Assembly (NCBI GenBank): GCA_016192455.1
Contig: JACPUC010000008.1
Span: 62,001-126,000, forward strand
Source of the DNA: Candidatus Tectimicrobiota bacterium
Lineage (GTDB): Bacteria > JACPUC01
Length of the DNA stretch: 64,000 nt
Direction: 5' to 3'
The notes beneath the pieces are model-generated. The model did not search any database and was not told where the DNA came from. It worked only from the letters and a program-made list of their open reading frames with translations. This document shows positions 58,601 to 64,000 of the stretch, in pieces; the stretch's first letter is position 1, and each line of letters opens with the position of its first letter. The position numbers and the translations under genes are program-made.

Positions 58601-59126
58601 GCAGGTCTTCGGCAGCCTTCGGCTTGACGACCCACGCCGCGACCTGACGGGCTTCTCCATGGAGTGGTCCTCGAAGGATCCTGAGATCGCCTCGGTCGAT
58701 GGCAGTGGAAACATCCGGGCGGAAGCGCCGGGTGAGACGGTCATCCGTGCCCGCGTGCCGGCAAACTCGATCGAGGAGGGGCAGGTGGAGCTCGTCGGCG
58801 AAGCGAGGGTCACCGTGGAGGGTGAGCGGACTACCATCATCGAGGGAGAGCCGCGGGAAGCCACCCTGCTTGCTGGGCCTAGGATCGAGTTCGCGGTTCT
58901 CTCCGTTGACGCTGAGCGAGTCGCCGAGAGCGCAGCGCGGCGATCCGAGAAGACCACCGTGACGCAGGGGGACCACCGTAACCGGGGCATGGCCGTCTCG
59001 TCGGCGTCGGACGAGATGCGCCTCCGCGCCATTTTGGAGGGAGCGGTCCGCTACCGAAACCTCGCCTCCTGGTGTGGTGTCCCGGATGTGGCTCTGCGCA
59101 TTGATTGCGCTGAAGGCGGAAGGTAG
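55602..59126 (+). CDS. Large secreted Gly/Pro-rich repeat protein with about 90-aa internal repeats and a C-terminal Ig-like (Big_2-like) domain
   Basis: Signal peptide; GPGFPGPQ repeats; 270-bp repeats; WSSKDPEIASVDGSG..A.APGETVIRA. Confidence 0.8.
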   Translation: MVGRRTSIRRCARHSSHWYRRVVLPLTLCLGMIALGWTSAAAQGPDFGPLPAPGFGPAGPDFPTGPDAGFGGFQGPGTSFAGPGPGFPGPQGPTGPGFPGPQGQGPGFPGPQGPAGPGFPGPQGQGPGFPGPQGPGPGFGGPSFGGGPGGPGDPTGLNRCISPFGQDGRFASSAAKGQSLLDALGLGNGETNEAGSALLSPPEGLTAQYEGCAVIGISRICSEISLEDDGTAITGSAEFFDSATDIRVATGRLLSAQFDSEQASLTIELQVQIARVPDALNVTEVCQVGERFQSITCPTLGSLTAGGDLGGHFVGRTLIGFSPLEIMMDSTGLVDGVLRAELQGSLFGNVVATATATGTEETDEQGGRILRLQGNLSLPDGTMAAFSDSGVIAPDGQSITFNLLGTLSLQEEEEFPGGPEDFGGGIEGPGPLPPGGQPGGPIPRDGRFPPGPGGPGGGPGRGPGRQPNQNIGPPPFAIIDQGLLVVTEPERFPLTNDCRLDEQGIVLCPVDLIFLDPLSFLPQPYGNFFPPDAGFTVRAPQELGLALRVPEGFGLLQMGPKPRRLPEIPRLATLECPDVPFLITEELFVYISEPDHFSPPAGVRVRNDGFLGAERGSFFTIEEVFGQLGEAVVNLFGERLVGLQAEEPDGLLRFTDRRPRPQPRREEQRCPAVMSDGFIAVLDLNEFGPLPEGISADERGFLVASNPNAFFRVEELLPEACRDRRFLGPTIGFIADPEFGGRLRGTDRPFVPAPERAEPPFRNANGFIVITRPGEVPLPAGLSLDANGFVLAQEPNFFIRFEELIPPRFATLRERFFGPTIGFIADPEFGLRMRGTDQEPIQGPQRVEPPFQNVDGFLVLTRPDEVPLPPGLSLDEQGFVRAQQPNFFIRFEEIIPQQYLSFRERFFGPSVGFFADENSGNALRSTDRPPRQGPAPTPTGPRQPEPIPGGGPGPSSGPGPSTGPGPEQPQPSDGTSGVVQLSLFLIPENIVMQVGDSRSLQVFGSLRLDDPRRDLTGFSMEWSSKDPEIASVDGSGNIRAEAPGETVIRARVPANSIEEGQVELVGEARVTVEGERTTIIEGEPREATLLAGPRIEFAVLSVDAERVAESAARRSEKTTVTQGDHRNRGMAVSSASDEMRLRAILEGAVRYRNLASWCGVPDVALRIDCAEGGR
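55851..56018 (+). repeat. 63-bp coding tandem repeat (GPGFPGPQGPxGPGFPGPQGQ), about 2.7 units
   Basis: Units start at 55851, 55914 and 55977. Confidence 0.85.
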
Positions 59127-59139
59127 GAAGGAGAATCTC

Positions 59140-59177
59140 CTATGAGGGATCAACTGATCCCTCATAGCCCCTTTTTT
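59140..59177 (+). terminator. Perfect hairpin plus T-tract between convergent genes
   Basis: CTATGAGGGATC-AACT-GATCCCTCATAG then CCCCTTTTTT. Confidence 0.6.
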
Positions 59178-59314
59178 GGCCTTGCAAGCCGCGTAGCACC
59201 TTCGGCGATCCGGGCGTGCCCAATCCACGAGCGTGGAGGGCACGTCTCCTTTCTTGCCCCTTCCCGCCGCAACCGAGAATCAGGAACCCTGCCTCACGTC
59301 CTGGAGCGGGGTTC

Positions 59315-60904
59315 CTACCCTCGCCGCTGCCACCATTTCTTCAGCCCCAGCTCCTCGGCGATCGCATTGGCGGCGTTGTAGCCGCAGGCGCCCCCGACGC
59401 TGCCGCCGGGATGGGTGCTCGGCCCGCACAGGAAGAGGTTGGGAATCGGCGAGCGGTTGGGGCCATAGCCGTGGATCGGTCGGAAGATGCCCATCTGGTC
59501 CTGCGACAGCTCGCCGGCCGAGAAGTCCCCGCCGATCATGGAGATGTTCTTGCGCTCCAGGTCCCGCGGGCTGATGACGTGCCGCGCCAGGATGACGTCC
59601 GGCGTCATGTTCGGCGCGTAGTCTCGCAGCACCTCCAAAATCTTATCGGCATAGCCTTCCTTCGCCTGGTCCCAGGCATCCACCCCGCCGCTGCCCAGGC
59701 GGGAAGGGGCATACTGCCAGAGCAGCATCGTATGCTTGCCCGGCGGGGCCTGGCTTGGATCGTAGAGCGTCGGCGTGACGGCGAGGAAGCCGATGCGCCG
59801 CGGCGGGATGCCCATGCGGATGTCGGCGAACTGGCTGTCGAGATCGGCGGATGAGCTCAGGCCGGCGCACACCGCCCAGCACTGGTTGAGGTCTGGCTGC
59901 GAGGCTGCCGCGCGCCAGCGCGGCGCCTCCTCGAGGGCCAAGTGCACGGTGAAGAGCGCCGCCTCGGCGGGGCGCCAGCGCTCCACCTGACGCACCACCT
60001 CCGCCGGCAAGTGCTCGACGCCGACGAGCCGCAGGAACGTCTGCTTCGGCTCCAGGTTGCTGGCCACGGCGCGCCGCGCCTCCAGCCTCGTACCATCCTC
60101 CAGGTATGCCGCCTCGACCCGCCCGCCGTTCAGCCCCAGCTTGGCGACGTGGCAGCCCGTGCGCACCACCCCCCCCTGCTCCTCGACGGCACGGCGCATC
60201 GCCAGGGCCAGATTGCCGCTGCCGCCGACCGCCAAGCCCCAGCCGCCTTCAAGCACCACCTGCGCCGGCACGAACATGCCGCTGCCGTACATGTCGCTGC
60301 TGATTCCCGCCTGCGTGATCTGCATGAGGAGGCAGGCGCGCACACGCTCATCCTCGAAGCGCTCGTGCACGATGTTGCGGGCGTTCGACATCATGAAGCG
60401 CAGCAGCTCGCGCCCATCCTGCGTCCCTTGCAGCAGCGCCGGCACCGTCGCCGGCGGCGTGGGCGGCAGGAAGAGGAAGGAACGCACGTAGTCCTTGAAG
60501 CGTGTGAACTCCTCGTGGAGCTGGTGGAACGCCTCGGCGTCGCGGCGCGAGAACTTGCCGATCTCCTCTTCAATGCGCCGCAGGTTGCTGTAGAAGATCA
60601 GCCCCGTCCCATCCGGGAAGATCGCGCCGAAGGGCTTGTCGGGAAAGATGTAGGCTGCCCCCAGGCGCTCGAGTTCGAGGTCCTTGTAGACGGGGCCGTA
60701 GTGAATCCAGCCATGGACGTTCGAGCAGGTGTTGTGCTTGAACCCCGGCAGGGTGACCTCCTCGGTGATCACGCCTCCCCCCACCACGGGCCGACGTTCC
60801 AGCACGCACACCGACAGACCGGCGCGGGCAAGGTAGGCGGCGCACACCAGACCATTGTGTCCGCCGCCGATCACGATCAGGTCATAGGCTTCCGGCACGC
60901 TCAC
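59315..60904 (-). CDS. FAD-dependent oxidoreductase, phytoene desaturase-like family
   Basis: IGGGHNGLVCAAYLA, ERRPVVGGG, LFLCGPSTHPGGSVGG. Confidence 0.9.
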   Translation of the reverse strand: MSVPEAYDLIVIGGGHNGLVCAAYLARAGLSVCVLERRPVVGGGVITEEVTLPGFKHNTCSNVHGWIHYGPVYKDLELERLGAAYIFPDKPFGAIFPDGTGLIFYSNLRRIEEEIGKFSRRDAEAFHQLHEEFTRFKDYVRSFLFLPPTPPATVPALLQGTQDGRELLRFMMSNARNIVHERFEDERVRACLLMQITQAGISSDMYGSGMFVPAQVVLEGGWGLAVGGSGNLALAMRRAVEEQGGVVRTGCHVAKLGLNGGRVEAAYLEDGTRLEARRAVASNLEPKQTFLRLVGVEHLPAEVVRQVERWRPAEAALFTVHLALEEAPRWRAAASQPDLNQCWAVCAGLSSSADLDSQFADIRMGIPPRRIGFLAVTPTLYDPSQAPPGKHTMLLWQYAPSRLGSGGVDAWDQAKEGYADKILEVLRDYAPNMTPDVILARHVISPRDLERKNISMIGGDFSAGELSQDQMGIFRPIHGYGPNRSPIPNLFLCGPSTHPGGSVGGACGYNAANAIAEELGLKKWWQRRG

Positions 60905-61045
60905 CTCCCCTCCGACAGCTCGCCGCGCCCCCCGGGCCAGGGGGCCTGCTGCGGATATCCTGGCGAGTGCACTCCAGGCACGTGGGTTCGGCGGCGCACG
61001 CTGAGGGGATGCTGAGATCGCCCCACCCCGCCTGGCCGCCAGCGT

Positions 61046-62215
61046 CTAAAAGAGCCGCTGCCAGGCGCCCTTCACAACCTTGAGGAGATAGTACTCGCGC
61101 AGCGCTTCGCCGTCCTGGTTCATGCTGATGCGACCCACCATGGAGGGGTAATCCTTCAGCTCCGCCCAGCCCTTGAGAATCTTCTCGCGATCGCCCCGCA
61201 GGTCCTCAGGTTTGTTCGTCACCCCGCGCGTCTCGATGATCCATTTCATGACGTGGATCGCGTCGTACATGCTCGTCGCCACGGTGTGCGGCAGGTGACC
61301 CTGCTTGTGACGCTCCTTGAACTTCTTGATGAACTCGCGCTGCCAGAGCGACGGCTTGTCATACCAGAGCTCGGAGACGGCGTACGTCCCCTCCGTGGCA
61401 TCCTTGCCCAGGTCGGTGTACTGTGGCCCGGAGATCGGCACGTCGCCGAGGATCGGCACGGTGAAGCCCTGCTTCTTCATCTCGCGCGCCACGTGCGCCG
61501 CCTGGATCGGCAGGGCGCCGATGACGACCGCGTCGGGTTTGGCGGCCTTCATCGTCGTCACCTGGGCGCTGTAGTCGATGTCGGTGGTGACGAACGTCTG
61601 CGTGGTGATGATCTCGATGTCGTGCTTCTTCAGGAAGACCGGCGCCACGAGTGTAGCGTAGAGCTTGCTCACCACGTCCTTGTTGTCGTGGATGAGCGCC
61701 ACGCGCTTCGCCTTCGTGTCACGCTTGAAGCGCTCCACAATAGGATCGGTGAGCTTGTCGCTGGTGGCCTCGTACTGGAAGGTCCAGGGGCGGTTCTCCT
61801 TCGCCAGGCCCGGCGCCGCGCACGAGGCGCTGACGGTTGGCACCTGGGCCCGGTTCACCACCGGGAAGACCACCCGGCAGCTACTACTCAGCATGGGCCC
61901 CAGGATGGCGAGGACGCGGTCACTCTCGATGAGCCGCTTGGCCACCGAGATGGCGGTGTCGCCCTTGCTGGCGGTATCGTAGATGATCACCTTGACGGGA
62001 ACCCCATCGATGCCGCCGGCGCCGTTGATCTCCTCCAGAGCGATGTTCAGGGCGATCTCCTGGCTGTCTCCATAGTAAGCGAGGATACCCGTCTTCGAGA
62101 GCAACGCGCCGATGCGAATCTCAGAGCCGGCAATCTTCGCCGGGGCGCTGCTCGCCACGGTCAGGCCCAAGCCGCCCAGGAGACAAAGAACGACAAAGGT
62201 ACGGATGTGCTTCAC
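61046..62215 (-). CDS. Branched-chain-type ABC substrate-binding protein, orphan
   Basis: Signal peptide; EEINGAGGIDG, ILGPMLSS, DYSAQVT; paralogous to 30029..31294 (shared GVTNKPEDL). Confidence 0.88.
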   Translation of the reverse strand: MKHIRTFVVLCLLGGLGLTVASSAPAKIAGSEIRIGALLSKTGILAYYGDSQEIALNIALEEINGAGGIDGVPVKVIIYDTASKGDTAISVAKRLIESDRVLAILGPMLSSSCRVVFPVVNRAQVPTVSASCAAPGLAKENRPWTFQYEATSDKLTDPIVERFKRDTKAKRVALIHDNKDVVSKLYATLVAPVFLKKHDIEIITTQTFVTTDIDYSAQVTTMKAAKPDAVVIGALPIQAAHVAREMKKQGFTVPILGDVPISGPQYTDLGKDATEGTYAVSELWYDKPSLWQREFIKKFKERHKQGHLPHTVATSMYDAIHVMKWIIETRGVTNKPEDLRGDREKILKGWAELKDYPSMVGRISMNQDGEALREYYLLKVVKGAWQRLF

Positions 62216-62769
62216 TGGCTCTCCCCCTCTGCTCTGCTGGTACGCGTGCTGCCCGCGGGGAAACCGCGCCGCGATCAAGCTTCGCCGCGCACGGGCAAGC
62301 CCCCCTGGCAGGGATTCTATCGGGGCGCCGGAGCCGTGGCAACAGGTTTTGTGATGTGGCAAGTGGTGGAGGCGTGATCCTGCGGCAGCGGTTCTACGTT
62401 GCGCTGCGCGAGCCGGCGCCCGAGACGCGCCCTCCCTGGGAATGGCGCGCTGCCGCCGGTGCCGGCGCCGAGCAGCTCAATGGCCCGCTCAGCCGCGCCC
62501 CCGCGAGCCGGCGCCGCGGTCTCGCCAACCACTTGCGAAAGGCTCTCGTGATGCTTACCTGATGTGAAGAAGATGCCTGCCTGGCGCGAGGCCGCCTCCC
62601 CGTGGGAGAAAAGCCGCCGGCGAGGCAGGCGCGGGACGCTGCGCGGCATGCTCCAGCAGAGGAGCCGTGGCGGAGCTGGGCCAGGGAACCGGCCGGCATC
62701 CGCCCCGGCGTTCCGCTTGCATAAAGAGACGGTGGAGCAAACAGGGGATACCCGAAGGGGAGGGAGACT

Positions 62770-64000
62770 GTGGCTGCCGATCTTCGCTCATTCCTGCGGG
62801 CCGCCGAGGAGGCCGGCCGCGTTCGCCGCGTGCGGCGCGAGGTTGATCCGGATGCGAACATGGGGGAGCTCTGCTCGCAGAGCGACAACCCTTTGCTGTT
62901 TGAGAGCGTCAAGGGCTACCCCGGCTGGAGGGTCGCGGCGGCGCTCATGCAGGGCCGCGTCGATCAGGCGCTGGCCCTCGGCTGCTCCACGGGCGACGTG
63001 GTGTCGCATCTGGCGGCCCGTTTCGCCGAGGGTCCGGGTGAGATCGCGCGGGTGAGCCGCGCCCCCGTAAAAGCGAAGAAGTTCAGCGGCGGAGCGGCGG
63101 ACCTCTTTCGGCTGCCGGTCTGCCGCCACTCGGAGGAGGATGGGGGGCGGTACATCGGAGCCGGTATCAGCCTCGTCCGCGATCCGACGTCGGGGGTGCA
63201 GAACACCACCTACCCGCGCACGCAGCTTCTTCCTGGCCGGCATCCTCGCGTCTTCATCTCCTCCCGCCACACCTGGGAGATCATCAATGCCTGGCGCCGG
63301 CAGGGACATCCACGCATGCCGATGGCGCTCGTCATCGGTCACCACCCGGCCTACGAGGTGGCCGCGGGGTACAGCGGCGAGCACCCCGGCTGGGGCGAGG
63401 AGGCGTTGGCTCCGCGTCTGCTCGGCGAGCCGCTCGAGGTGATCGAGTGCGAGACGTGCGATCTCCTCGTGCCCGCCGCCGCGGAGATCGTCGTGGAGGG
63501 TGAGCTGAAGCTCACCGATTTCGAGGAAGAGGGCCCGTTCGGCAACTACATGGGGAACTACGAGTTCAGCTTCACGCCGAGCCCCGTCTTCGAAGTGCGC
63601 TGCATCACCATGCGCGAGGATGCCTATTACCGGCACATCCAGTCCACCACCTGGACGGACCATCAATCGCTCTTCTGCATGCAGACCGAGGCGCTCGTCT
63701 ACCGGGCCTGCCGAGAAGCCGGGCTCGAGGTGCACGACGTCCACATCCCGCCCTGGGGCTGCGCCTGTCTCACGGTGGTGCAGATGACGCCGCGTCACGA
63801 GGAGGATGTGGCGCGCGCCCTGGACCTGGCCGTGAAATGGCCCATCACGCCGGCGCGCATGTCAAAGCTCGGAGTGGCGGTGGACCGCGACGTGGACATC
63901 TACGACGCGCGCGATGTCTGGTGGGCCGTGAGCGTGCGCGCCAACACCCGCCGGGCCGTCCTGGAGATTCTCGATCCCGAGAAACGCAGCCAACGCAGCC
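62770..64000 (+). CDS. UbiD-family (de)carboxylase, runs off the window edge
   Basis: Not in track (no stop in window). GTG start: MAADLRSFLRAAEEAG..VRREVDP...PLLFESVKGY...LLVPAAAEIVVEG...EEGPFGNY...VDRDVDIYDARDVWWAV. Confidence 0.88.
   Translation, partial: MAADLRSFLRAAEEAGRVRRVRREVDPDANMGELCSQSDNPLLFESVKGYPGWRVAAALMQGRVDQALALGCSTGDVVSHLAARFAEGPGEIARVSRAPVKAKKFSGGAADLFRLPVCRHSEEDGGRYIGAGISLVRDPTSGVQNTTYPRTQLLPGRHPRVFISSRHTWEIINAWRRQGHPRMPMALVIGHHPAYEVAAGYSGEHPGWGEEALAPRLLGEPLEVIECETCDLLVPAAAEIVVEGELKLTDFEEEGPFGNYMGNYEFSFTPSPVFEVRCITMREDAYYRHIQSTTWTDHQSLFCMQTEALVYRACREAGLEVHDVHIPPWGCACLTVVQMTPRHEEDVARALDLAVKWPITPARMSKLGVAVDRDVDIYDARDVWWAVSVRANTRRAVLEILDPEKRSQRS

Overview
High-GC bacterial window of mostly accessory metabolic genes: three acyl/aryl-CoA ligases, two UbiD-family (de)carboxylases, a W/Mo aldehyde:ferredoxin oxidoreductase operon, a corrinoid protein/MtaA-like methyltransferase pair, a core MetE-like enzyme, FrhB-like and LLM oxidoreductases, a branched-chain-type ABC system, EamA transporters, pepA (partial) and an rpoZ. 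Three lower-GC inserts interrupt it: an orphan AT-rich gene, a doubly frameshifted restriction-modification cassette, and a MADS-like ATPase/partner pair next to a DUF3883 remnant. The strongest hidden signal is at 42139-42981. Two ORFs split by the track are in one frame, separated by a single TGA that falls in an AhpD-type C-x-x-[TGA]-x-x-x-H motif and is followed at once by a bacterial SECIS-like hairpin, indicating a two-domain AhpD/CMD selenoprotein. Other notable items are a modular three-hairpin intergenic repeat family, non-canonical catalytic motifs in both UbiDs, several small ORFs (zinc ribbons) and a 1174-aa secreted repeat protein with a sigma54-like promoter. No tRNA, rRNA, CRISPR array or transposase was recognised. 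All family calls come from motif recognition by eye, not database searches.
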